Below, piece after piece: positions 20,138 through 29,914 of a stretch of DNA of 64,000 bases. Position numbers and translations under genes: made by a program. This DNA is from Limisphaerales bacterium (GTDB taxonomy: Bacteria > Verrucomicrobiota > Verrucomicrobiia > Limisphaerales > JAJOIW01): contig CBFHOE010000004.1 of assembly GCA_965657355.1 (NCBI GenBank), positions 47,537 through 111,536 of the forward strand. The letters are read 5' to 3'. Under the pieces are notes generated by a model, which ran no database searches, was not told the origin of the DNA, and saw only the letters and a list, made by a program, of their open reading frames with translations. Numbering within the stretch: position 1 is the stretch's first letter; each line of letters begins with the position of its first letter.

Positions 20138-21667
20138 ATGAGCATTAAGTCAACGCAGAGCTTCAGATTCTGGAACAAGGTTACGCTGCTTACTCTATTT
20201 CTATTTTGCGCCCGTGTATTCGTCACAGAATTGTTTGGTATTCCGGATGGAGTAGAACTATCAAATAGGACAGAGGCAAAGGAGCAAGGTGACGTGCTCT
20301 TAGACCTCCTTTTAGAGACCTTGTTTTTGGCGAATTATAATACGCGATTGGTTGTGCTGAGTACTACATTATTAGGCGTTGCTTCTGGACTTGTTGGTTC
20401 TTTTCTATTGTTGCGAAAACAATCTCTGATGGGCGATGCCTTATCTCATGCTACGTTACCCGGAATCGTTCTTTCATTTTGGGTTTTAGTGACTCTTGGT
20501 AAAGACGGTAAATCATTATTACCGCTTTTATTAGGTGCGGGTATGAGCGGGATGTTGGGGGTTTCTTTGGTTTTGTTAATTCGCAAGACAACCAAGCTCA
20601 AGGACGATGCTGCCATGGGGATAATCCTTAGCGTCTTTTTTGGTTTAGGGGTTTCTCTTATTGGAATGGTGCAATCACTACCTCAGGCAAGCGCTGCTGG
20701 ATTGGAAAGTTTCATTTTTGGTAAAACAGCCTCAATGATTGAAAGTGATTTTTGGATGATCGCCTCCATTTGTCTTATTTCTACGCTTCTATCGGTAACC
20801 TGTATTAAAGAACTTACACTTCTTTGTTTTGATGAAAATTTTGCCTCGGCTTCAGGTTTCAATGTTGTTTGGCTTGACCTGTTGCTTCTCTTATTGGTCG
20901 GAGCTATTACAATTGTGGGGCTCCAAGCCGTTGGACTTATACTCATCATAGCCTTCCTTATTACACCGCCTGCAGCCGCCCGCTTCTGGACTAATGACTT
21001 GAGGCAGATGCTTACAATTTCTGCCTTTTTGGGAGGGGTGAGTGGGTGGGTGGGCTCGTCTATTTCAGCTCTGCTTCCAAGGTTGCCCGCAGGAGCGGTG
21101 ATTGTTCTGGTGGCTGCCTTTGTATTTGTATTGAGCATGCTTTTTGGAAAGACTGGCGGTATTGTTTACCGTTGGCAAAGGCATAGGCGTCTTAGCATCA
21201 AAGTCTCCAGGCAACATATCCTCAGAGCCGTCTTTGAAATTCTCGAAAAAAACCTGGAGAGCGAAAAAAGTATCCTAAGAAATCTGCCCATTAGGATTTC
21301 GGATTTACAAAAACATCGGTCATGGAGCCAAAAAGAACTCCTAAGACAACTTAAATCCGCCCATGGAAATGGTTATGTCGAATTTCCTGAAGATGGGATA
21401 GTTTGTCTTTCCGAAGATGGTTTTGGCGAAGCCGCAAGGGTTACAAGAAATCACCGGCTTTGGGAGCTGTTTCTCATCAGATATGCTGATGTCGCCCCAT
21501 CACATGTCGACCGGGGTGCCGACTTTGTAGAACACGTATTAGGGCCTGAAATAGTCAGAAAATTAGAGGATGAGTTGCGTCAACCAGAAATCGAACCTGT
21601 CGTTCCGCCAAGTCCGCATACCATAAGTATCTCCAGACTTGAGAGTGAAAGAGGGGATAAGAAATGA
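20138..21667 (+). CDS. Metal ABC permease fused to a C-terminal DtxR-like domain (TroC-R / YtgCR architecture)
   Basis: ABC-3 motif SLMGDALSHATLPG. C-terminal ~160 aa has a wHTH-like segment, then RNHRLWELFL...HVDRGADFVEHVL. Confidence 0.9.
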   Translation: MSIKSTQSFRFWNKVTLLTLFLFCARVFVTELFGIPDGVELSNRTEAKEQGDVLLDLLLETLFLANYNTRLVVLSTTLLGVASGLVGSFLLLRKQSLMGDALSHATLPGIVLSFWVLVTLGKDGKSLLPLLLGAGMSGMLGVSLVLLIRKTTKLKDDAAMGIILSVFFGLGVSLIGMVQSLPQASAAGLESFIFGKTASMIESDFWMIASICLISTLLSVTCIKELTLLCFDENFASASGFNVVWLDLLLLLLVGAITIVGLQAVGLILIIAFLITPPAAARFWTNDLRQMLTISAFLGGVSGWVGSSISALLPRLPAGAVIVLVAAFVFVLSMLFGKTGGIVYRWQRHRRLSIKVSRQHILRAVFEILEKNLESEKSILRNLPIRISDLQKHRSWSQKELLRQLKSAHGNGYVEFPEDGIVCLSEDGFGEAARVTRNHRLWELFLIRYADVAPSHVDRGADFVEHVLGPEIVRKLEDELRQPEIEPVVPPSPHTISISRLESERGDKK

Positions 21668-22614
21668 TAAACGAAATCTTCAATGCTTGGGGCAATTTAG
21701 ACAATTGGATTGTTGTGGCAGGTATATTGAGTGCTATTTGCTGCGCCATTCCAGGTTGCTTTTTATTACTGCGAGGAATGAGTATGATGGGAGATGCGAT
21801 AAGTCACGCTGTGCTTCCAGGCCTTGCAGTTGCCTTTTTATTATCCGGGGAAAGAGCAAGCTTAACCATGTTTATAGGTGCGGCAGTAGTCGGGGTTCTT
21901 ACGGCCCTATTTACCCAATGGATCAGTCGGTTTGGAAATGTCGATAGAGGGGCGGCAATGGGTATTGTTTTCACCACGTTGTTTGCCCTGGGGCTCTTGA
22001 TGATAGTCAAAGCTGCTGATCACGTTGATCTAGATCCTGGTTGCGTTTTGTATGGTGCTATTGAATTAACGCCTTTGGACACAATACCATTTCTCGGTCA
22101 AACGGAAATTCCACGGGCCGTCATCGTCTTGTCATTGGTGTTAATCGTGAACGTCTCAGGTTTAGTTTTATTTTACAAGGAGCTGAAACTTTGTTCCTTT
22201 GATCCGGGTTTAGCAACTTCAATGGGAATTCCTGCCAATACAATACATTTTGGTTTGATGACAGTCGTTGCTTTAACGACCGTTGCATGCTTTGAAATCG
22301 TAGGGAGTATTATCGTGATTGCGATGCTGGTAGTGCCAGCAGCCTCTGCTTTTCTCCTGACTAATAGGTTGCTGCCAATGATATTATTTTCTTGTCTCTT
22401 TGCCGCTTTGTCGTCTGTTTTTGGACACATAGGAGCTATAAGTATTCCTAAATTAATCGGTTTTGAGTCGACAATAACGTCTGGGATGATGGCTGTCGCG
22501 TCTGGTGCATTATTCCTGGCCACTTGGATTTATACACTCATTAACAGATCATTGAAAACGGGTTCACAAATAACGGAAACAAAGAACGGCTTGAACAAGA
22601 AATTAAACAGATGA
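21664..22614 (+). CDS. Metal ABC transporter permease (TroD-like)
   Basis: MSMMGDAISHAVLPG, FYKELKLCSFDP. Confidence 0.93.
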   Translation: MINEIFNAWGNLDNWIVVAGILSAICCAIPGCFLLLRGMSMMGDAISHAVLPGLAVAFLLSGERASLTMFIGAAVVGVLTALFTQWISRFGNVDRGAAMGIVFTTLFALGLLMIVKAADHVDLDPGCVLYGAIELTPLDTIPFLGQTEIPRAVIVLSLVLIVNVSGLVLFYKELKLCSFDPGLATSMGIPANTIHFGLMTVVALTTVACFEIVGSIIVIAMLVVPAASAFLLTNRLLPMILFSCLFAALSSVFGHIGAISIPKLIGFESTITSGMMAVASGALFLATWIYTLINRSLKTGSQITETKNGLNKKLNR

Positions 22615-23393
22615 CTAAAAAAACCAGTAAAATTATTTCCTGGAACGTAAATGGAATCCGAGCAGCTTTGGGCAAAGGTCTTGATTCCTACTTTTTGAAG
22701 CAAAAACCTGATTTTCTATGCCTGCAGGAAGTAAAAGCTCTCGAGGAACAAGTGGACCATTCTGTTTGGCCTAACGGCTATCAATGGTTTTGGAACCCAG
22801 CAAAAAGAAAAGGTTACTCGGGAGTGGCGACCTTTTCTCAACAGAAACCAATTAATGTCATAAAAGGCATTGGCATTGAGGAGCATGATCAGGAAGGGCG
22901 GGTGATTACCCTTGAGCTAGATGGCTATTACCTTGTGAATGTCTACACTCCTAATTCTCAAAACGAGCTTGCCCGTCTAGATTATCGAGTCAATAGCTGG
23001 GATGTTGCCTTCAAAGACTTTTTATCGAGCCTGTCGTCACATAAGCCCGTTGTGTTTTGCGGTGACCTAAACGTTGCTCATGAGGAAATTGATCTAGCCA
23101 ACCCAAAATCAAACAAAAGAAACGCAGGATTTACGGATGAAGAAAGGCAGAGTTTTACGAAGCTTATGGATTCCGGATTTACCGATAGCTTCCGGTTTTT
23201 TAATAAAGAGGGAGGACATTATACGTGGTGGTCTTATCGGGGGCAGGCTCGGACAAAAAATGTTGGGTGGAGGTTAGATTACTTTTGTGTCTCTGACACA
23301 ATTAAACAAAGCCTGGTAAAATCCACAATCCAACCTGATGTTATGGGCTCCGACCATTGCCCAATAAAATTGGAATTAAAGAATCCAGTATGA
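22611..23393 (+). CDS. xth: Exodeoxyribonuclease III
   Basis: SWNVNGIRA, CLQE, GYSGV, GDLNVAH, YTWWSYR, GWRLDY, GSDHCP. Confidence 0.96.
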   Translation: MTKKTSKIISWNVNGIRAALGKGLDSYFLKQKPDFLCLQEVKALEEQVDHSVWPNGYQWFWNPAKRKGYSGVATFSQQKPINVIKGIGIEEHDQEGRVITLELDGYYLVNVYTPNSQNELARLDYRVNSWDVAFKDFLSSLSSHKPVVFCGDLNVAHEEIDLANPKSNKRNAGFTDEERQSFTKLMDSGFTDSFRFFNKEGGHYTWWSYRGQARTKNVGWRLDYFCVSDTIKQSLVKSTIQPDVMGSDHCPIKLELKNPV

Positions 23394-24199
23394 ATCAAAT
23401 CTTAAATTTGAGACTTTTTATAAATATATTTATTGTTTCGGTTTCACTATTTTTAGCGATTCTTGCCAGTGCTGCCGAAGTGCAGAATTATGAATATAAA
23501 ATCACAGGAAAGCTTCCCATGCCAAAAGACGCTTTTACGCAGGGGCTTACAGTGGATGGAGACAATTTGTGGCTTAGTACGGGAAAGTATGGGAAATCTA
23601 AAATATACCAACTAGATCTGAAATCCGGGAAAATCATCCGCTCTAAAAAATTAAATTCTAATTTTTTCGGTGAAGGGGTTACACAAACCGGTGACGAGGT
23701 CATTCAGCTAACGTGGAAATCAGGCTTGGCTTTGGTTTATAATAAAGAGACGCTAAAAATAATTGATTATTTTAGTCTGCCAGGAGAGGGGTGGGGTATT
23801 ACAACTCATGGCTCTGACCACTTTATCAGTGGCGGTTTGAATAAAATTCTCGTTCTCGATACTAAAACTAAAAAGGTCACATCGTCTTTTGATGTCAAAC
23901 ACGGAGCAATTCCTGTTGGCAACCTCAATGAACTTGAATTTATTAATGGTTTTATATTCGCGAATATCTGGACCACTGATGTAGTGGTTGGCATTGATCC
24001 CAAAACAGGAAAAGTTGTGGGTTACTTTGACTTTAAAAAATTGATCAAACAGGAAGAATCCATCAATCCAGGGCATGGCGTGTTGAATGGAATAGCGTGG
24101 AATTCTCAAACCCAGGAATTGCTCATAACGGGAAAAAATTTCAAAAATATATATAAAGTTGTTGTCAGCCAAGGGCCGCTTTCCAAAAACAAAAAATAA
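23390..24199 (+). CDS. Exported glutaminyl-peptide cyclotransferase (plant/bacterial beta-propeller type)
   Basis: AFTQGL, STGKYG, FGEG, GEGWG, LNELE, ANIW, VLNGIA, TGK motifs. ATG 23390 overlaps the xth stop (ATGA); signal peptide. Confidence 0.92.
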   Translation: MNQILNLRLFINIFIVSVSLFLAILASAAEVQNYEYKITGKLPMPKDAFTQGLTVDGDNLWLSTGKYGKSKIYQLDLKSGKIIRSKKLNSNFFGEGVTQTGDEVIQLTWKSGLALVYNKETLKIIDYFSLPGEGWGITTHGSDHFISGGLNKILVLDTKTKKVTSSFDVKHGAIPVGNLNELEFINGFIFANIWTTDVVVGIDPKTGKVVGYFDFKKLIKQEESINPGHGVLNGIAWNSQTQELLITGKNFKNIYKVVVSQGPLSKNKK

Positions 24200-24224
24200 A
24201 CGCCTGGCATGACCAAGCGTTTTA
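24191..24224. terminator. Intrinsic terminator between the convergent glutaminyl cyclase and glutathione peroxidase genes
   Basis: Minus strand AAACGCTTGG-TCATG-CCAGGCGTTT (10-bp stem with one G-U pair) followed by ATTTTTT. Confidence 0.75.
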
Positions 24225-24260
24225 AATCTACTTCAGTAAGTTGTATAGTTTTTTTAATTT

Positions 24261-24809
24261 CTACAATAGCTTTTCTATATCAGAGATGAGGTTATTGGAA
24301 TTTGGTCTTACACCTGATTTGTATCTTTTGGCGAGCTTACCTGTTTTATCCACTAAGACTTTGTTGAAATTCCATGATATTTCGCCAGGCATTGGTGATG
24401 GTTTTTCTGTGATAGCTTTGTAGAGTGGGTGCTTTTCTTTACCTTTTACTTTGATTTTGGACATCATTGGAAAGGTTACATCATATTTTGACTTACAAAA
24501 TGTCAAGATTTCCAAATCAGTTCCCGGCTCTTGGCGTCCGAAGTCGTTACTCGGAAATCCAATTACAACTAAACCTTTGTCTTTGTATTTGGAATACAAG
24601 GCCTGGAGCCCCTCGTATTGCGAAGTATATCCGCATTTGGATGCCACATTGACCATCAAGATGACCTTGCCTTCATATTTTTTTAAAGAAGTTTTTTTCC
24701 CTTTAATATCGTTAAATGGGATATTGTAGAGAGATTCATTCGCCGTAGTGTTTGACATCATCATTCCAGCTATTGCTGCCACGAAAAGGAGTATTTTCAT
24801 AGACCTCAA
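24261..24809 (-). CDS. Glutathione peroxidase family protein (Cys type, signal peptide)
   Basis: VNVASKCGYT, GFPSNDFGRQEPG, WNFNKVLVD. Confidence 0.95.
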   Translation of the reverse strand: MRSMKILLFVAAIAGMMMSNTTANESLYNIPFNDIKGKKTSLKKYEGKVILMVNVASKCGYTSQYEGLQALYSKYKDKGLVVIGFPSNDFGRQEPGTDLEILTFCKSKYDVTFPMMSKIKVKGKEKHPLYKAITEKPSPMPGEISWNFNKVLVDKTGKLAKRYKSGVRPNSNNLISDIEKLL

Positions 24810-24849
24810 TGTGCCTCTTGTTGCTTTTTTGTCAAAGTACTTTCGATAA

Positions 24850-27522
24850 TTAATTCAGGGACTTAATGAAATCCACGAGAGCCTGTATTTGTGTGTTATT
24901 CAAAACACCTTTGTAGGATGGCATTCCTATGTCAGAACTGGAATATTCTCTCAATACTTTCGCACTCGGATTAACGATGGATTCTTTCAAGTAATCCTCG
25001 TCTGCCGCTATTACTGTCCCGTTTTTTAATATTCTATTGGCGTTTACCAAAGCCTTTAAAGTTGGTCCAGACCTCCCAACTGTCGTTCCATCAACTGAAT
25101 GGCAGGCTTGGCATCCCATTTTTTCATAGAGTGACCTTCCTGTCTCCTTTCTGACAACGGTAGAATTAGAATGGCTTGGTTTTCCTAGACCCTTATCCTT
25201 AGAAAAGGTTGAAAAATCAAAAGAATCTAAAGGGAAATAATCAGGGGAATGGATAGTAAAAACCACGGACCGCTCTACTTTTTCTTTGTTTGCAGTGGTA
25301 AGTTTATAGTTGAGCTGAACTTGATCGCTTTTGTGTATAGGACTCGTTTCCACAAAAATGGATTTTTTGTCACCTGACAACAAAATTCTTTTGGGAATAA
25401 TCTTATCCACTCCGGCCTCTCCTGAATTTCTGAAGTAACCGGAGCCATACTCACTCGTTCTCTTGTAATTCCATTTTTTTATAGATATTTCAGTGAGGGA
25501 AATGGACTCTACGCTATGGCTGAAAGAAAGTAAAAAGCCATCCCTATGTGATCGAGCGTTTATGGGAATAGAATTTGGAAACGTATTGAATGAGATTCTA
25601 TTCAAACTACCCCAAGTTTCAGATCGAGATCCCCAAATTTTAAATCCAGCTAGCCAAATTGATCCATCGCTCGGGTGCACGGCTCCTTTGAGGATCGGGC
25701 CTCGAATTCCAACCTGTAATTCACAAAAAGCAGCCTGAGTTGGCTGGGTTTGATCGTTCAGATAAATCACGGCCAGCTTCGATGAATAATAATCTAAACA
25801 TAGAGTCAATCCGGCCAAAGGGTTCATAGAGTTTTTGGGGATATATATCTGGCCAGCACCGCTCTGTATATACCTGTGTGGCATCCAGAGTATGGGCTCC
25901 TGAGTCGGTGACATTTCGTGGACCCGATCGAGCTCTGTCCTAAAACCATAAAATCCGCCCTCTTTTATTATATGGAATGGAGTACTCGGTATCCAATTGC
26001 CCTGCTGATCAGTTGCTGTGACCCAATCTGCATCAATATTATATCCCAGGTAGGCTTGCCTAAGTCCACGAGCGAATATCACTGGAGGTTTATTGCGGGA
26101 AGATGCCTTGAGAATTGTGCCATTTAAAAACCCGCTCGTGCCTCCTCTCTGTCCGCCTTTTGCCAAATAGAAATTTCCATTCTTATCGACCACCGCGTCC
26201 ATTGCAAATTCCCGGGTTTCTGTTGATTGTGCAAACTGGTTGTTGAAATTTTTATAATCTATGATTTTGTTCTGAGTTTTATCTATCACCATCTCTATCA
26301 ATCCGTTCCTGGTAAAAGAAAATAACTTCCCATCATAAAACAAAATGGATTGCGGTTCGTGTAAACCGTCACCTATTTTTTCCCAAGTTAATTCTTCTCT
26401 GGTATGACATCCTGTAATTCTCCAAATGTCCCCGTCAAAAGTGCATAGAATGATTGTGTCAAAATCGACGAAGGTAAATCCACTAGGCCGGATGTCTCTA
26501 ACATACTTATTTGTTTCCGGGATTTGTATTTCAGTAACATGAAGATCTTTGGGGTTTTTTATATCTATTTCGTTAGATTGGTAGAGAGTATCTCTATTTA
26601 TTTCAGGCTCCTTTTTGGAGAGATTTTCTAAAAAAGCTTTGGCTTTATCTAAATCATCTGAGCCAGATTTTTTTCCTTTATTGTGGTTATGCTTAATAAG
26701 TATCTCCACTTCTTTTGCCCCGCTTGGGATGAAAATCTGAAGGATATTTTGTCCATTAATTATCCACTGGACATCAGATATGTTGGATTCAAATTCAAAC
26801 GGGAGTTTTTCAACCTGGATTTTTTTACTTAATTGGGTGACAGATAAAAATAACGGTGTTTGAGTGCGGTCTATTTGAATGAAACGTCCCCAGCCTTTTC
26901 CTATCGGTATTGGTGATTCTACAACATTAGCGCCATACGCCTTATAGCTGATTGAGACTCTTTTGCCTGCTCTTGATAATTTTTCCCACCTTCCCATCTC
27001 TGAAGGAATCGGACCGACTCCAGGTTCATTGATGTCATTTGTCTTTTGTCTTGGATCTTCAATGAACTTCTCTGATTGGTTGAATCCAGGATAAATTCCC
27101 AATGCCGTGATCAGTTTACCCTTGGATTTTGTTAAGCCTTTTTGTCCGCCCGGTGTTTTACGTCCTTTATTCTCATAGGATAGGGGAGCCATTGCTGTCA
27201 TTTCTAAACCCGGAGCATCATCTTTGATTGATGCCCAGCTATGACTCCAACGAAGTAAATCCAGGTCAAAACAGGCATTGACGCCATTACTCATCGGAAA
27301 TACGACCCCTCGTACGGCAATGTTGTTTTCCGCCGATGCAACTTCTCGGTTCGTATGATGACGTCCGTCCACTGTCATAGTAAATGATGGTTCTCCTTTT
27401 ATTAACCAGCTTGTTGAGCCAGCACCTAAATTCTCTGTGAGAAGAAAACTCATCAGAACCAAGGCTGCCTGTGCGCGTGTGTGTATGTGTGTCTTTTTGG
27501 ATTTTTCTCGATAAGCTGTCAT
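24850..27522 (-). CDS. PVC-type beta-propeller protein (DUF6797-like) with C-terminal cytochrome c
   Basis: GLHEP, ARGLR, DQQGNWIP, WNYKRTSEYGS segments; C-terminal CQACH...GPTL...YLKESIVNP...MP. Confidence 0.75.
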   Translation of the reverse strand: MTAYREKSKKTHIHTRAQAALVLMSFLLTENLGAGSTSWLIKGEPSFTMTVDGRHHTNREVASAENNIAVRGVVFPMSNGVNACFDLDLLRWSHSWASIKDDAPGLEMTAMAPLSYENKGRKTPGGQKGLTKSKGKLITALGIYPGFNQSEKFIEDPRQKTNDINEPGVGPIPSEMGRWEKLSRAGKRVSISYKAYGANVVESPIPIGKGWGRFIQIDRTQTPLFLSVTQLSKKIQVEKLPFEFESNISDVQWIINGQNILQIFIPSGAKEVEILIKHNHNKGKKSGSDDLDKAKAFLENLSKKEPEINRDTLYQSNEIDIKNPKDLHVTEIQIPETNKYVRDIRPSGFTFVDFDTIILCTFDGDIWRITGCHTREELTWEKIGDGLHEPQSILFYDGKLFSFTRNGLIEMVIDKTQNKIIDYKNFNNQFAQSTETREFAMDAVVDKNGNFYLAKGGQRGGTSGFLNGTILKASSRNKPPVIFARGLRQAYLGYNIDADWVTATDQQGNWIPSTPFHIIKEGGFYGFRTELDRVHEMSPTQEPILWMPHRYIQSGAGQIYIPKNSMNPLAGLTLCLDYYSSKLAVIYLNDQTQPTQAAFCELQVGIRGPILKGAVHPSDGSIWLAGFKIWGSRSETWGSLNRISFNTFPNSIPINARSHRDGFLLSFSHSVESISLTEISIKKWNYKRTSEYGSGYFRNSGEAGVDKIIPKRILLSGDKKSIFVETSPIHKSDQVQLNYKLTTANKEKVERSVVFTIHSPDYFPLDSFDFSTFSKDKGLGKPSHSNSTVVRKETGRSLYEKMGCQACHSVDGTTVGRSGPTLKALVNANRILKNGTVIAADEDYLKESIVNPSAKVLREYSSSDIGMPSYKGVLNNTQIQALVDFIKSLN

Positions 27523-27694
27523 TTGATATGCTTTGGAGGTGATTTAGATCATTATACGAGATAATTAAACTTTAGCTCCCGAAATCTAATACTTTCAATA
27601 CCACGTCAACGATGTATGATTGGAAGACGTCATGAGGATCAGCAGTCATTCTGACACTTTTAGCTGGCATCGCCATTTTTAATGAAACAGAGCT

Positions 27695-29002
27695 ATGAAA
27701 TATTCGAAAATTTTTAAATCAATATCGCTGAGTTTAATTGCGGCTATTTTATGTTTTTCCGCAGATGATGCAAGCGGCCAAGATACTGAGACGGGCATCG
27801 ACTACCCGCTCGCTCAAGGAATCGTAAAGGGCGATAATTTAAATGTGAGAGGCCGTCCATCTTTCGCTGGGATACCTATGGGGAAACTTAAAAAGGGTGA
27901 AAAGGTTGAGATTTATGAAGTCTACAATCGGATTATGGCCAAAGAGGGCGAGCCCAGCAAATGGCTTAAGATAAAGTTACCAAGTCAAATTCCAGTCTGG
28001 ATTAGCAAAAATTATTTTGAGTCTGAAACGAATCAAATTACAGCTGATGAGTTAAATTTCAGAAGCGGTCCGGGATTTGAATACGGTATTTTGGGGACAC
28101 TATCCAAAGGAGATAAGGTTAGCCCATTAGAGATCAGCGGCGATTGGGTTAAATTGAGAGGCCCTGAAAATGGAAGGGCTTTTGTTGCTGCTGACTACGT
28201 TGAGTTCACTTTGAAAGGAGACAGCGCCACCGATAATATCTCTGAGCTCAGTCAATCCGTTACAGGCGCCGCGACTGATGCGAAGACTTTACATGAAGGG
28301 TCTAGTTCGATCAATGAGCCCTCTGCTGTTATTATCGAAAACACCATAAAAGTTGTCGCTTCGAAAGAGCCCTCTGCAGACCAATCAGACCAATCAGGTG
28401 AAGGAGGTGCCTCTGATACCGAAGTATTAAATATAGCTGAAGGTGAATCCGAGGACATTAATATCACAGATGTAGTTTCGATTCCACAGACTCCTGCCGA
28501 AGTCGAGGTATCTGAAAACGAATTGGATATTATTTCGGTGGAACCAGCAAGTCCTAGCCTTCTCCTAGACGACGATATTAGCAAGGACCGAAGCGCTCAA
28601 ATAAGCTCCATTACAAAAACCGAATATTCAGACAATAAAAGTGAAGCGGGCTCGTCTTTGCCAGAAAAAGCTTCTGCGAAAAAGCTTAACACAACAGCCA
28701 CTGAAGCTATCAAACCAGCATCTCCAAACTATTTTGAAGCATACAATTTGAATAATGCCCGTTCTGTAATACGAGAGGGGCTAGTCAAAGGAACCTTGAG
28801 TGCGAGAGCCCCCACAGCGCAAGCCCTTGTAAGCTCAAGAAATAAAAGAGTTATGAATTTTCTTTGGGCGCCAAAATATCAAAAAGGCCTTAGAAAGCTG
28901 ATCGGTCGTAGAGTTATCATTCAAGGTCGAGAGATTCTTGATCGTCGTTGGCCAAAGACGCCTGTTTTATACATAGAAAAGATCCGCCTATATCCCAACT
29001 AA
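27695..29002 (+). CDS. Exported SH3b-domain protein
   Basis: Signal peptide; two SH3b-like repeats (NLNVRGRPS, ELNFRSGPG); acidic Ser/Glu linker; basic C-terminal domain. Confidence 0.8.
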   Translation: MKYSKIFKSISLSLIAAILCFSADDASGQDTETGIDYPLAQGIVKGDNLNVRGRPSFAGIPMGKLKKGEKVEIYEVYNRIMAKEGEPSKWLKIKLPSQIPVWISKNYFESETNQITADELNFRSGPGFEYGILGTLSKGDKVSPLEISGDWVKLRGPENGRAFVAADYVEFTLKGDSATDNISELSQSVTGAATDAKTLHEGSSSINEPSAVIIENTIKVVASKEPSADQSDQSGEGGASDTEVLNIAEGESEDINITDVVSIPQTPAEVEVSENELDIISVEPASPSLLLDDDISKDRSAQISSITKTEYSDNKSEAGSSLPEKASAKKLNTTATEAIKPASPNYFEAYNLNNARSVIREGLVKGTLSARAPTAQALVSSRNKRVMNFLWAPKYQKGLRKLIGRRVIIQGREILDRRWPKTPVLYIEKIRLYPN

Positions 29003-29035
29003 TATTCGGAATACGAATTATTGATTTCCATTGCT

Positions 29036-29914
29036 ATGAATAATCTTATCGATGGTCGGAAAATATCTTCCGAAATACATTCAGAAACAAAAACGGGCGT
29101 CGAAAAACTAAGAGCATCAAAGGGAATTGTCCCCGGGCTTGTTTTTGTGAGAGTTGGTGAGGACCCCGCTTCAAAAGCCTATGTGCGAATGAAGGAAAAA
29201 AAAGCCAGTGAATTGGGTATTTCTTCAAAAACTATCGTCCTGGAAAAAAGCACTTCTCAAAAAGACCTCTTATTGCTTGTAGAAAAGCTGAATTCCTCCG
29301 GCGACGTGCATGGGATTTTGGTTCAAGCTCCATTGCCTTCCCACATTGATGAAACAATAATCTTTTCTGCGGTTTCTCCTAGTAAGGATGTCGACGGTTT
29401 TCATCCAGTGAATGTCGGCAAGTTGATGCTTGGGGAGACCGATGGTTTCATGCCCTGCACACCAGCAGGTGTTCATGAACTTTTAAAGCGATCCAATATT
29501 ACGACGCAAGGTGCAGAGGTTGTTATTCTTGGCAGAGGAAACATAGTGGGTAAGCCAATGGCAGCTATCCTCATCCAAAAAGGTGAGTTTTCAAATGCAA
29601 CAGTGACTTTGATTCACTCACGATCTCAGAATGTTAAGGACCATTGTCTGCGAGCTGATATTCTTATCGCAGCTATGGGATCTCCTCTCTTTGTCAAAAA
29701 GGACATGATAAAGCCTGGCGCGACTGTGATAGACGTGGGCGTTAATAGGGTTGAAGATAGCTCCTCCCCCAAAGGGTATAAATTGGTCGGAGATGTGGAC
29801 TTCGAAGGGATTCAACCAATTGCAGGGGCTATTACCCCTAATCCTGGAGGCGTCGGTCCAATGACAATTGCCATGCTAATGCATAATACACTGAGAGCTG
29901 CTAAGAAGGATTGA
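29036..29914 (+). CDS. folD: Bifunctional methylene-THF dehydrogenase/cyclohydrolase
   Basis: GILVQAPLP, KDVDGFHP, PCTPAG, GRGNIVGKP, PGGVGPMT. ATG at 29036 (track start 29021). Confidence 0.97.
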   Translation: MNNLIDGRKISSEIHSETKTGVEKLRASKGIVPGLVFVRVGEDPASKAYVRMKEKKASELGISSKTIVLEKSTSQKDLLLLVEKLNSSGDVHGILVQAPLPSHIDETIIFSAVSPSKDVDGFHPVNVGKLMLGETDGFMPCTPAGVHELLKRSNITTQGAEVVILGRGNIVGKPMAAILIQKGEFSNATVTLIHSRSQNVKDHCLRADILIAAMGSPLFVKKDMIKPGATVIDVGVNRVEDSSSPKGYKLVGDVDFEGIQPIAGAITPNPGGVGPMTIAMLMHNTLRAAKKD

